DNA from: Saprolegnia diclina VS20
Taxonomy: Eukaryota
DNA: 64,000 nt
Direction of reading: 5' to 3'
Assembly: GCF_000281045.1 (NCBI RefSeq)
Contig: NW_008246105.1
Span: forward strand, 343,762 to 407,761
Shown here one piece after another: positions 25,602-37,764 of the stretch (positions are counted from its first letter, which is position 1; each line of letters opens with the position of its first letter). The notes under the pieces were generated by a model. That model made no database searches. It saw only the letters and a program-made list of their open reading frames with translations, and was not told where the DNA came from. A program made the position numbers and the translations under genes.

Positions 25602-28050
25602 ATGGGGAAGATCATCGACCGGCTCTTGGAGCTGGAGAAGACGGGGACGCCGAGCGTGAGCTTCGAGTTCTTCCCGGCCAAGACGGAAGATGGCGTCTTC
25701 AACCTCCTCAACCGCGTCGAGGAGATGGGCTTCCAGCTGCAGCCGACCTTTGTGACCTTGACGTGGCGCAGCGGCTTCAAGGACGAGAAGCTCTGGCTCA
25801 AGATCGGCGCGCACATCCAGAACGAGTTCAAGATCGACGTGCTCATGCACTTGACGTGCCACTTGCCGCAGGACCAGCTCCGTGTCATCTTGCAGAACGC
25901 ACGCAACGCCGGTACGCGACCTCGTCATGGCCGACCATTTGTGATGGCACATTGTAGGCATTCGCAACATCTTGGCCTTGCGCGGTGACCCGCCGATCGG
26001 CGCCGAGCGCTGGAAGGCTGTGCCCGGCGGCTTCCGCAACGCGGTCGAGCTCATTCGGTTCATCCGCCAAGAGCACGGCGACTACTTTTGCGTTGCAGCC
26101 GCGGGCTACTCGGAGGTGCACACGGAGGCGTGGAACAACCCCAACTTGCCGCCGTCCGACCAAGTGCGCAACCTCGACATGCTGCGCCTCAAGGAAAAGC
26201 AAGACGCGGGCGCAGACTTTATCATCACCCAGTTCTTCTTTGACGTCGACAAGCTCTCGCAGTGGATTCGCGACTGCCGCGCCGTTGGCATCCGCGTCCC
26301 GATCCTGCCAGGGTACGTACTTGTATGCGAGAGGTGGCTCATCGCGACGCGACTAGGTATCTCCCGATTCAAAACTACAATTCGTTCTTGAAGTTCACCA
26401 ACTGGTGCAAGACAAGCGTACCGGACCACGTGGTGCAGGCGCTCAACTCAATCAAGAACGACGACGCCGCCGTCAAGAAGTATGGCATCCAGCTCGCGAT
26501 CGAGACGTGCCGCAAGCTCATGAGCCAGCAGCTCTCGCTCCACTTCTACACCATGTACATGCTTGTCCCACGTTATGCCATGGGCTTATCGCGTCGGTAG
26601 GAACCTCGCGTCGTCGGTCCGGAGCGTGCTCGAGGGCCTCAACTTGATCCCGCGCCGCCACGAGCGCGACTTGCCCTGGGGTTTGCCCATGCTGCGTCGC
26701 AAGGAAGGCTCTGCCGACAAGATTGAGCAAGTCCGCCCGATCTTTTGGTCCAACCGCGCGTCGAGCTACGTGGCGCGCACGTCCGAGTGGGACGACTTCC
26801 CGAACGGCCGGTGGGGCGACCGGTCGAGTCCCGCATACGGCGAGCTCTCCGAGTACTACCTCGCGTACAAGCGGCCCAAGGTCGCCCGCGAACGCGTGTG
26901 GGGCACGCCGCTCACCGAGCAAGACGTCTGGAGCGTCTTTGTCAAGTTCATCGAAGGCTCCGTCAAGACGGTACTCGCGTCATAAGCTGTACTATGGCGG
27001 CTGACAGTGGAGCTAGCTGCCGTGGTGCGAGCAAGGACTCTCGGGCGAAAGTACCATCATCCGCGAAAACTTGCGCTGGATCAACTCGATGGGCTTCCTC
27101 ACCATCAACTCGCAGCCGCGGATCAACGGCGCGCCGTCCGAGGATCCGAGCGTCGGGTGGGGCGGCAAGGGCGGCTTTGTCTTCCAGAAGGCGTACGTCG
27201 AGTTCTTTGTGCCACCGCACCTCATGGAGCGCCTCCTCGTACGTTCCGCACTTGGATTTGCTACATGGAGACTCATGCAGCTCAACATGTAGGTGGCGCT
27301 CAAGGACTACCCGAACCTGTCGTACCATGCGTTTAGCGCCAACGGTAGAGCCCTCAACACGTCGTCTCGCGGATGCTCATGTCCAGCTCCTAGGCACCGA
27401 ATACACGAACGCGCCGGGGCCAAGCGTCACGGCCGTCACGTGGGGCGTCTTCCCGGGCCAGGAAATCATTCAGGTATCGAATCATGACGTCCGGACGGTC
27501 ACTGGACGGTCATATAGCCAACGGTCGTCGACTCGGCGAGTTTTGCGGCGTGGAAGGACGAAGCGTTCGAGCTCTGGATGAGCCAGTGGGCATCGGCGTA
27601 TGCTAGCGACAGCGTGTCGCACAGCGTCATCAAGGTCCGTCACCGTCCTCCTCGCAATAAGATCTCATGGCAATGTCATAGGAGGTCTACGAGTCGTATG
27701 TGCTCGTCAACATTGTCGACCACGACTACACGAACGGTAGGCATGGCTGTCGTCTGTCATGACGAGAAGTGACGGCGTCCGGCGTAGAGGACAGCGATAT
27801 CTTCAAGATCTTTGCGCGCGTCATCACCGAAGGGATGACGAAGGACGACCTCCGCGGCCGCGTCCTCGAGCTCGAAGAGAAGAACGAAAAGCTGCACGAG
27901 ACCGTCGCCAAGCTCAAGATCATCCAGTCCGAAGCCAGTCGCGAGCTCAAGGAAGTGCACCAAGAGCTCTCGGCGTCGCGCGAAGAGAACAACCGCTTGA
28001 AGACGCAGCTGCGCGAGCTCCGCGCCCGCGCCGCGCTCTCCGCGATCTAG
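25602..28050 (+). CDS. MTHFR: Methylenetetrahydrofolate reductase (eukaryotic type with regulatory domain) plus C-terminal coiled coil, multi-exon
   Basis: Catalytic motifs [36 protein letters not shown] and LHFYTMN. Regulatory-domain motifs [26 protein letters not shown]...[16 protein letters not shown] and [16 protein letters not shown]. Confidence 0.96.
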
Positions 28051-28214
28051 CAACCGGTGGAGCTCGGACCCCCATTCTCCACGTTGATGATGGCAATCCG
28101 TATAACACGCTGTGGTTTTCTTGTCCTCGAAAGATCGCCAAAGCTTCGAATTTTTAGCAAATATTTCGATTTTATAGCTAAAATTTCGAACCGTCGCAAT
28201 CTGTGAACATCACC

Positions 28215-29081
28215 ATGGCGGACGGTCCACCGCCGCTCTGCGAGATGCCACCGGCACCGAGCGTCATGGACGAGATGATGGCCGCGGCCACGCAGGCCAG
28301 AGCGCTCAAGGACGCTGCGAAAGCGGTCGAGGCCAAGCAGCGCGCCACGTCATTCGGTGCGGGCTTGAAGAAGGGCTTCTTTGCGGCCCCGGCCCGTCCC
28401 AAGACGACCGCCCCGCCAACGTCCAAGACAGCCGCCAAGCCCGAGATCGAGACGCTACGGCCGACCAAGAAGCATGCGCTCGAGTTTCCCGAGGTCCAGG
28501 CAGCGATGCAGGGGCTCGCGACGAACGGTGGGTACTCTGGCACCGCGACAGCAGATCTCATGCCATGCGTAGACTGGATGACGCCCGACTTTATGGACAA
28601 GCTCGCCAAGAACCCGAAGCTCTGCGTCGCACTGCAGAACCCTCGGTTCACGACCGCGATTCAAGAACTCTCGACCAACCCGGAGAAGGCCATGGCCAAG
28701 TATCAAGTACGCCACTCGATATAGAGAGGATGTGACGCGGCAGCATAGCACGACGCCGACGTCTCGACGATGCTGCGCGACTTTATGCAGTTTATGGGCG
28801 CCCATTTCGAGGCCTTGGGCAAGGCCGCTGACGCCGACGCAGCCAAAGCTAGCCAGCGCCACGCTCTCGAAGCCGCAGCCCAGACACCGCAAGAGCAGGC
28901 CCAAGTGCAGCGCATCCTGAGCGACCCGGAGCTGCAAGCCATCTTGTCCGACCCCGAGATGCAAGCCGTGCTCCAACGCTGTACGGCGCCCGGCGTCCTC
29001 CTTCGCTACCTCCACGACCCGATCGTTGGCCCCAAGATCCGCAAGCTCCAAGCCGCGGGGCTCGTCCAGCTGCACCCGTAA
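28215..29081 (+). CDS. STI1 (DP-repeat) domain co-chaperone-like protein, 2 introns
   Basis: KLAKNPKLCVALQNPRF...NPEKAMAKY and ILSDPELQAILSDPEMQAVLQ...YLHDPIVGPKIRKLQAAGLV resemble HOP/STI1 DP domains. N-terminal GLKKGFF motif. Confidence 0.75.
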
Positions 29082-29193
29082 AAACACCGTCAAAATCGAT
29101 ACACTAGCGTGTTTTTGAATGTACGGATACACCATGTTTATCCGGATGATCCTCGTTGGTTCTTCGGTTACACAGTTGCAAGCGTCGAGCAGG

Positions 29194-32100
29194 ATGCGCA
29201 AGCAGCCGTCGTCGACCAAGGTGTATCCGACGGCGCCGGCCTACACCGAGGTTACGCCTGTCGTCGCGGACGCCGACCTTCCGCGTAAGTCGAGCTTGGC
29301 GCCGCCCCTTGCGGGTCACCCGGTACGACGGCGCGTAAGGCTGGAAAGGTGCAAGCCGTCGTAGGCGCGCGGCCGCGTCGCGACGCTGCGCGGGCTCGCG
29401 ACGCGCCTCTTGGCGTCAACGTGGTTTGCGACCTTTATCACGCTGGTCGTGCTTCTCAATACGATCACGCTCGGGCTCGTCGACTACAGCGATCCATGGG
29501 CTGACGGGCCCAACCCTACACTTCTGCGGAATCGGCTCGTCGATCAAATGAACAACATTAGCCTCGGCATCTTCCTCGCCGAGGCGGTGCTCAAAGTGCT
29601 TAGCATGGGCTTTCTGTACGGACCGACCGCGTACTGCAAGGACAGCTGGAATCTGCTCGACCTCGTCGTGCTGCTCTCGGGGTCTCGACGCCGACGCTAC
29701 CTCGTTCGTCTTCTCATATGCAAGTGTAGATGTCTGGGCTGGTTCTTCCATGCCGGGAGCGTCGGGCAGCTGCGCATTTTGCGCGTGCTTCGGCCACTGC
29801 GCACACTGCACTCGTTTCCAGGTCCTGCTGTTTGTACGAGGCGCGTCTCAAGGGACGTACTAGGGCTCAAGGTGCTCGTCAACGGCGTGCTCTCGAGCTT
29901 GCCCGCGCTCTTTGACGTCGGCATTCTACTCGGGTTTAGCTATCTAGTATTTGCGATTCTGGGCATGGAAATCTGGTCCGGAACGTACCACCATCGGTGC
30001 CGGCTCACGGAATTCCCCGTCGTCCTCGACTTTGACGCCGGTAACGCGCCCAGCGCCGGCGCGTACCCCAACACGACGTATCTGAGCCTCGTGTTGGACA
30101 ATCCGAATGCCTATCGATGTCCGCGCATCGACGTTGAGAGCGACAACTGGACGACGCCGCTCGACTGTTTCTGGCCGCTCAACTTGAACGACACGCAGTA
30201 CTGCGGCAGCCGCGCTTGCGCGCCAGGGACGTACTGCGGCTCCAACTACGACGCGTCCGGCCGGCCCCGCTTTCGCAATATACTATTCAACGGCTCACTG
30301 CTCGTCGATATGGCAAACGAGGGCGACTTTCTTCCGAATCTCAACTTTGGCCTCACGAGCTTCGACACGGTCGGGTACACGCTCGTCATCATTGCGCAGA
30401 TCGTGACGGCGTCGGGCTGGATGGTGCTCACGCAAAACGTACGTTCTACAAGGTGGACAAGTTGTCTCATTTGCACTAGACGCAAGATGCCTACTCGTGG
30501 CTCGCCGCTGGTGTGTACTACAACTCGGTGCTCTTTGTCGGCATGTGCTTTTTGCTGCAGCTCAACATGGCCGTCATGTTCAATGAGTACGAAAAAGCCA
30601 AGGCGGCCCTCGACAAGGCCGCCGCGCGGCCGCTCGTGTTGATTCGCCGGCGCATCCAGCGGCAATATTACCGCCGCATCAAGCTAGTGCCACCGTCGAC
30701 GTTGCGGCGTCACGTGCGAAATGTCGTCACGAGCGTCTGGTTCCACCGCCTCGGGCTCAGCATGACGTTGCTCAATGTGGCGCTGCTGGCGTCCGACCAC
30801 CACCCGCAGTCGCCAACGTTCGCTGCCAACGTCGAGTTTGGCAACTTTTGTTTTCTTGTCTACTTTGCCCTTGAGATGGCGCTCAAGATTTACGGGCTTG
30901 GGTTCATAGCCTACCGCAAGTACGTCGACGAGCGTATGACATAGCGATCACCTTGCTGCGTAGAGACCGGTTCAACCTGTACGACATGGTGACCATCTTA
31001 ATCGGCGGTGTCGAGACGCTCTTACATCCGCCGGCCTTTCTCGATGGCACGCCCGGCGTTCGGTCGCCGTTGGCGATTCTTCGCGCTGCACGCGCGATCA
31101 AGCTCGCGTACTCGTGGCCGAGTCTCCAGCGACTGCTCACGGCCATTGTCGGCGCCCTCCACGAAATTCTCAACTTTCTCTTCTTCCTCGTGCTCTTCAT
31201 CTACATGTATGCGCTCATGGGCATGGAGGTACTCGATGCCGTCTCTTGTCGTTCGTCCTAACGTCTCCTCACGTTAGCTCTTTGCGACCAAGTACAAGTT
31301 TGACGCGCGCAATCGCCCGTCGCCCTTCAACGCGACCGACCCGAGCGTGACCCTGCACCGGGCCAACTTTGATACGATTCAGTGGGCGTTCTTCACTGTC
31401 TTCCAAGTCATCACGTACGACAACTGGCCCGCCGTCATGTACGACGGCTGGCTCAGCGCCGGTCTCGTCGCACCGTTTTACTTTGTCTCGATCGTCATCC
31501 TCGGCGTCTGGGTCGTCATGAACATGTTCTCGGCCATCATGGTGCAGTCCGTCATGGAAGATGCGAGCGCCAAAACGGCCATGATCGGCGACGTCGACGC
31601 CAACCTCTGCACGCGACTGCGCTTGCGCCAGCTCAAGCGCATCCTCCGACGCCTCATGGGCGTGACACCCGTGCTCTCGGCGCCGGCAAGGGCCGCGGAC
31701 GAGTCGGTGCTTGGCCGTAAGAGCTTTGGCTGCGTTGGCCTCTCGTCACCGCTGCGCCAAGCGTGTCTCTCGCTCGTACGGCACCAGCGATGGCATCTGT
31801 GCGTCACGGCGAGCATCATGGTCTCGTGCGTCGTGACGGCGCTCGATACGCCGCTGCTCAACCCGACTAGCGGGCTGGGCTACACCCTGACGGTCATCAA
31901 CAACACCCTCGCGATCGTCTTTACCCTCGAGATGCTGCTCACGATGCTCGCTCTCGGCTTTACGGCGTATCTCACCGACCCGTGGCGCGTGCTTGACCTC
32001 TTCATCGTCGGAGTGTGTCTCTTGAGCTGGTCGGCCACGGGCGTGTTTGCGCAGCTGCGGGCGCTGCGGTCGCTCCGCGCCCTTCGGCCACTGCGTGTCA

Positions 32101-34421
32101 TCCACCGCCTTCCGCAGCTGCAGGTCGTTGTCAACACACTCTTCCGGTGCTTGCCCGACATTGGTCGGTCGCTTCTCTTCTTTGTGTTTATGCTGCTCCT
32201 CTTTGGCATTGCGTGCGTCAAGTTTTTCAAAGGTAGTCTGAGCACGTGCTCGATTAGTCCGTACGACTACCTCGACACGCCGCTGTATTCACCGCCGCCG
32301 CCGTGGTTCCCCCCAAACTACGCGGGCGACTACTCGATGTCGGACCTCATGCAGTGGGACGTCATGAGCTTTCCGCGGCCTTGGGACAACCTCACTCTTG
32401 CATCCCAAATGGTGCTGGCGCCGTACTGGAACGGCACGTGCCACTTTGGCGCGATACCACCCACGTCCAAAGATGTGTGCGAGTGCTTCAACTTGACGTG
32501 GGACCCGGTCGTGCCGCAGCGCTTTGACAATATTGCGCTCGCGCTCGGCTCGCTGTACGAGCTCACGACGATGGAAGGTTGGAGCTTTGTCGCGATAGCG
32601 GCGGTGGATGCAACCGGTCCCGACAGCCAGCCGCTGCGCAACCACCAAGAAGGCTGGATGGTGTTTTGGTTTCTCTTCATGGTCATCGGCGCGTTCTTCG
32701 TCACGAACCTCTTCATCGGCGTCCTCTGCGACAGCTTTATGCGCGAAAACTACGGCGTCATGGTCACGGACGAGCAACTCGACTGGATCAAGCTCCAGCG
32801 CAAAGTGCTCACAATGGCGCCCGTCGTGCGGTACCCGCCGCCGTCCGAGTCGACTTGGCGCCTTGCCTGCTACACTTTGGTCGAGCAGCCGGCGTTTGAG
32901 ACGAGCGTCATGGCTGCGATTCTCCTCAACCTCTGCCTCATGTCGATGAGTTCGTTTGGCCAACCAGTGTGGGTCAAGACGACATCGACCGTCGCCACCA
33001 ACGTCCTCTCGGTCGCCTTTGCGTTGGAAGCCGCTCTCAAGATTGCCGCTTTTGGGCCGCGCTACTTTGCCAGCAGCGCCCACCGCTTTGACTTGGCGGT
33101 CGTTCTCCTCGCACTCATCGGGATGGGGCTGCCCGACTCGGCGGGCATGGGCACGATCGCTACCGTCGTCCGCGTCTTCCGCGTCGGCCGAGTCTTGCGG
33201 CTGTTCCAAAAAGCAACTCTGCTCAAGAGCCTGTACGACACGATTATGGTGTCGCTGCCTGCGATGGGCAACGTCACGGCGCTCCTCATGCTGCTCTACT
33301 ACATCTTTGCGGCTGTCGGCGTCCAGCTGTTCGCCAAGGTAGCGTACGGTCCGAGCATGGTCAACCCGCACCAGAATTTCCAGAACTTCTGGCTCGCGCT
33401 CCAGACGCTCATTGGATTCTCGACGGGCGAGAACTGGAACAACTACCTCTGGGAACTCTACAACATTGAGCCAATTACCAATCCCGACTGCATCGAGCCG
33501 GCGTTCAACGCGTCTGTCTGCGGCTTTGGCGACGCGCTCAACTGCGTCCCCCTCGACGGCTGCGGTACGACGCTACATCGTGATTCGTTCTATGCGATGC
33601 GTAGGGCCGTGGTACATTGTGCCCTTCATGTACCTCTTTGAACTTGTCGTGGGCTACATTGGACTCAACCTCTTCTCGGGTATCGTGGTCGATGCGATCG
33701 GTGACTCGTGTGCAAAGTCGGCGCTCTCGCCGAGCAATTTAGCCGAATTTACGGCCATGTGGGCCGAGTACGACCCGAACGGGTCTGGTTTTGTCTCGAT
33801 CGACGACCTCTGCCGCCTCTTGAGCCGGCTGAGCCCACCCTTTGGCTTCAAGCTCGTCGAGACCATGACAACCCGCAAGATCTACCACGCCATCGGTACC
33901 AACCGCTAAAGCAAAGTGTTCCGGCTCAACACTCTCTAGGGGGCCTCGACATTCCCATCTACGACGGGCGGCTCGTTCACTTTAAGGACGTCCCGCGTGC
34001 GCTCGTCCAGCGCTCGCTCAGTGAGGTGCGACGTTGGCCACTCGACTACGATCTTATATCGTGTTTGAGCTAGGGCGACCGCAGTAAGTTTTATGAAATC
34101 GGCGCGCTCATGGCCCGCCTCGGTATCGCCAAGCAATTCGACGACGTCTGGCAGCGTGGCCACAGCAAGGCGACGCTCCGCGACCTCCGCGCCCGCGCTG
34201 TGACGCCGATCCAAGACTTTGTAGCGATCTTGATCATTGCCAAGTTCCTCCGCCGTGTGCGGTACCGACAAGAGCGCCGGCGGCGGCTCTGTCGGCGGCT
34301 ACTGCACATCGAGCTAACGTCGCGCTGGGCGCGCCTCGAAGCCAAGTTTCAATCGCCTCATTCGGCGCCCCGCCAACTCCCGCCGTTGGAGCATGCGCCG
34401 CCCCACCCCTACGTGTTATAA
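29194..34421 (+). CDS. Four-domain voltage-gated cation channel (Cav/Nav-like) paralogue 1, multi-exon
   Basis: Four S4 helices (LRILRVLRPLR, LRAARAIK, LRALRSLRALRPLR, VRVFRVGRVLR), four P-loops (TASGW, TYDNW, TMEGW, TGENW), a C-terminal EF-hand (WAEYDPNGSGFVSIDDL) and an IQ-like segment. Confidence 0.92.
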
Positions 34422-34519
34422 ACCACTTTAGTTGAGAAGCTATTTTTGCTGCCAATGGGGGTTTTGGTCGCGGAGGCTATTCCTAGTCGGTCCACGCTAA
34501 GGTTGCTAGAAAGCCGCCG

Positions 34520-37500
34520 ATGGGGCTCTGCGCGAGCTCGAGTCTGGCGCCGGTGGAGGCCATGGCGCCGGTCGTGCCGCCGACACCAGAAGCTGCGACT
34601 GCCGATGCAGCACGCGCTACGACAGCCGAAGAAAGTGCCCCCCCGCCCGTGGAGTCCGATGCCCCACTGCCTGTGGAGTCGAGTGCCCCACCGCCTGTGG
34701 AGTCGAGTGCCCCACCCCGGGCCCAATCCCTCTCCATCAGCGCGGGTGCGCCACCCAGTGCGGCCGAAACGAGCCCCGAAGCACCGCACCGATCGCTGAT
34801 ACCGGACCTCCCGGCCACTTTTCGGCGATTTTCGCTGCGTCGCAAGTCGTCGTTTGCTCAAAGTAGTCTGGGCGCGTCGCCGTCATCGCGCAAGGTGAGC
34901 GCCAACGGCGTGCTCAAGGCGATTCTCGCGAGGAGCTCGAGAGACCTCACGGTGATGGACACGGATGTGACGACCGAGAGCTTGCTCACGGTACCCACAC
35001 GGAGCGTCGTCATCTGGCCGACTCATTTGGCGTAGAGCGTTCGCATTGCCCGCGCCTTCTTTGACTTTATCCAGGTTAAGAGCGAGGATGGTCCCCGCGA
35101 ATACCACATGATTGAGCTCGGCGTCAAATTCTGGATGGCCGTGCGCGGTACGAGATCGCACAACTTGGTTTGCATCTGGTCATCGTTGTGACCAGATCTG
35201 GAAAAAATCACATCAGGAGCGTTCAAAGTGCTCACCGTCGTCGGGATCTACAAGACATTTCTTCAACCCAACGCCAAGCAAGAGGTGTGAGCACCTCGTT
35301 CGATGCGGTGGTAGCATCATTTTCGATGTAGCTTGTGGTGCTGAGTCTGGTCGAGCGACAGCAGATCCAAGCCAAACTGGACGAAGACCAGATTCCAGAA
35401 ACCATCGAACTCCTCAATCAAATGGCCGACGACGTAGCACCCTAGATTGAAAGAGCCTGATACATCCCGCCGCGTAGGAGGTGCGCTCGTCGGTGCAGCC
35501 CGTCTTTCGCGCATTCGTGGCCGACAAGTCGCCGCACGGGTATACCGAGAGCTGCCTCGCAACGAGCATGCTCCCCAACATGCAGCCGTTCATGAACGAG
35601 AAGAAGGAGCGGCTCGAGGAGATTCTCGATCAATCCTACTCGCGCCGGAGTCTGCGCGACTACTTTAGCCGCGTCGGCGAGTCGCCCGAGTTTCTCTTCA
35701 TCGTCGACGTCCTTGAGTACCGCGATAGCACCGAAGCGCTCATCACCGGTAGTCGCCAACTATCAACGTATCGAGTCGAGATCTCTGGGTAGACGCGCTC
35801 AGCGAAGAAAAGAAGCATTTGCACAGCGGCTTTCTCATGCATGCCGTGCACAAGATGTACAACAAGTACCTCAAGGCCGGGTCCAAGTCGATGGTACTTT
35901 GTCTAGGACTGTGCGTGTCTCATAAACGACTAGATTCGTATTTCGAGCACGAACCGCGACATGATTTTGGCCGAAATCTCGTGCATGGACCCGCCCAAGC
36001 TCGATGTATTTGACGCGGCGCTGCGCGAGTGCTCGTTCCTGCTCATCACGGAGCACCTCGAAGCGTTCCTGTCGTCGCCCGAGTACGCAGGCATGAAGTC
36101 GCACCGCGCGAGCCTATTAGCCGGTACCGCTCACCATCGGTCAGAGATCCCAACCACCTGCGTAGGCGGCTTGCTGCAGTTTGGTCAAGCACTCACGGCT
36201 CATGCGACGCTCGCAACATCGCCGAGCTCGACGCACGTCGCCGAAGCCGACCGACTCCGCGTCGAGGATGTGGTCAAAGGCGTTGGCGCGTCCGCCTTCC
36301 GCATGCACCTGCGCGAGTACAAGATGGAGCACACCCTGGATTTTTACCTCGAGATCGACCAGTTCCAGCTGCTCCCGCACAACAAGCGCGACTACATTGC
36401 TGCAAAAGCGTCCAAGCTCTTCAACAAGTACATTCGCCGTGGAGCGAAAATGGAAGTCGCGCTCCCGGGGCACATTCGGCAAGCGATCCTCACGTCGATC
36501 GCGGACCCCGCCGAAGACATTTTCAACGACGCGCATCTGCATTTGCTGTACCTCTGGGAGTCAAAGCTCTGGAAGTCGTTTGAGAAATCGCCCAAGTACT
36601 TGGAGCTTGTCCAGATGTACAAGGAAGAGCGCGAGGCGGCGGCGTACGTTCTCCTCCGTCTCGGTTTAGTGTTATGCGTGTGTGCAGGCTCGTGGCGGAC
36701 GGCGCGGGCGACGTCAAGACACTGCAGATGCTCACGTCCACGGACGTGAAAGCGCTTTTGCTCCAAGACGGCCCGCTCCTCACGCAGTTTCACAAGTTCC
36801 TCGTCAAGGAGAACTGCACGTCGTACCTCCTGTTTTACATGCAAGTCGAAGAGTACAAGCGGCTGCCAAAGTCGGATTTCCTGGCGCGCCAGAGCAAGAA
36901 GATCTACCACCGGTTCCTCAACTCGACCGCCAAAGAGTTTGTGAGCGTCTCGGACGAAACCATGGCGAGCATCCACGAGATGCTGCCGAATCCGTCGCCG
37001 CAGACCTTCCACCTCGCCCAAGAGGAAGTGCTCCATTTTCTCTGGAAGACGCTGTACCCAAAGTTCCAGAAGTCTGTGTTCTTCACCAATGCGATGGCCA
37101 AGCCCGCGTCGCCGATCGTCGGCCGGCGCACGCTCAAGGACGGCGACGCGTCACCCTTGTCGGCGCGGTCTCGCAGGTTCCTTCCGACCGTGGTGCAGCG
37201 CACGTTTGCATCCCGCGTCTCGACGAGCCGGACGCTGGCGGCGCCGACGATCGACGACATTCTGGCCAACCTTCAGAGCCGCGCGCTCTTTCTCGCATTT
37301 TGCGAAGACATGTACGCGCTATCCTTGTCGGTGGTAGGAACGACACTATGGTGCATAGCTTTTGTGCCGAGAGCATGTACTTTTGGCTCGAGTGCCTCGA
37401 GTTTCAGCGCATTCCGCACACCGACTACCTCCGCTTGCGCGCGCAAAAGATCTACCGCAAGTACATTGCGACGTCGGCCAAGCTCCAAGTCAACCTCATT

Positions 37501-37764
37501 CACTCGATCGTCCGCGATATTGAAAAGCAAATGGAGAACCCGGGCCGCCAGCTCTTTGCCAAGGTATTTTTTGTGTTTGGGGATGATCGTGCACAGGGTG
37601 TGATGTAGGCCCAGCAAGCCATCGTGTTTATGCTCAATAAGGATACGCTGCCCAAGTTTCTCAAGTCGAAATACGTACTGCATCGTGTCGCGATATGATA
37701 GATGCTCATCATATGTGTCTAGTACGATCCGTGCTGCAAGATCATTGCGGATGCACAAAGCTAG
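34520..37764 (+). CDS. Multi-RGS-domain protein (about five tandem RGS domains) with N-terminal MGLCAS acylation motif
   Basis: Repeated RGS signature F..FL..E...E.L.F..E..EF.....A..IY.KY......VN/SL, clearest at 36250-36600, 36740-37090 and 37250-37670. The stop is 37764 if a final intron is spliced, otherwise about 37697. Confidence 0.85.
34644..34716 (+). repeat. Coding 24-bp tandem repeat (PPVES[D/S]AP x3) in the RGS protein N-terminal linker
   Basis: CCGCCCGTGGAGTCCGATGCCCCA / CTGCCTGTGGAGTCGAGTGCCCCA / CCGCCTGTGGAGTCGAGTGCCCCA. Confidence 0.85.
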
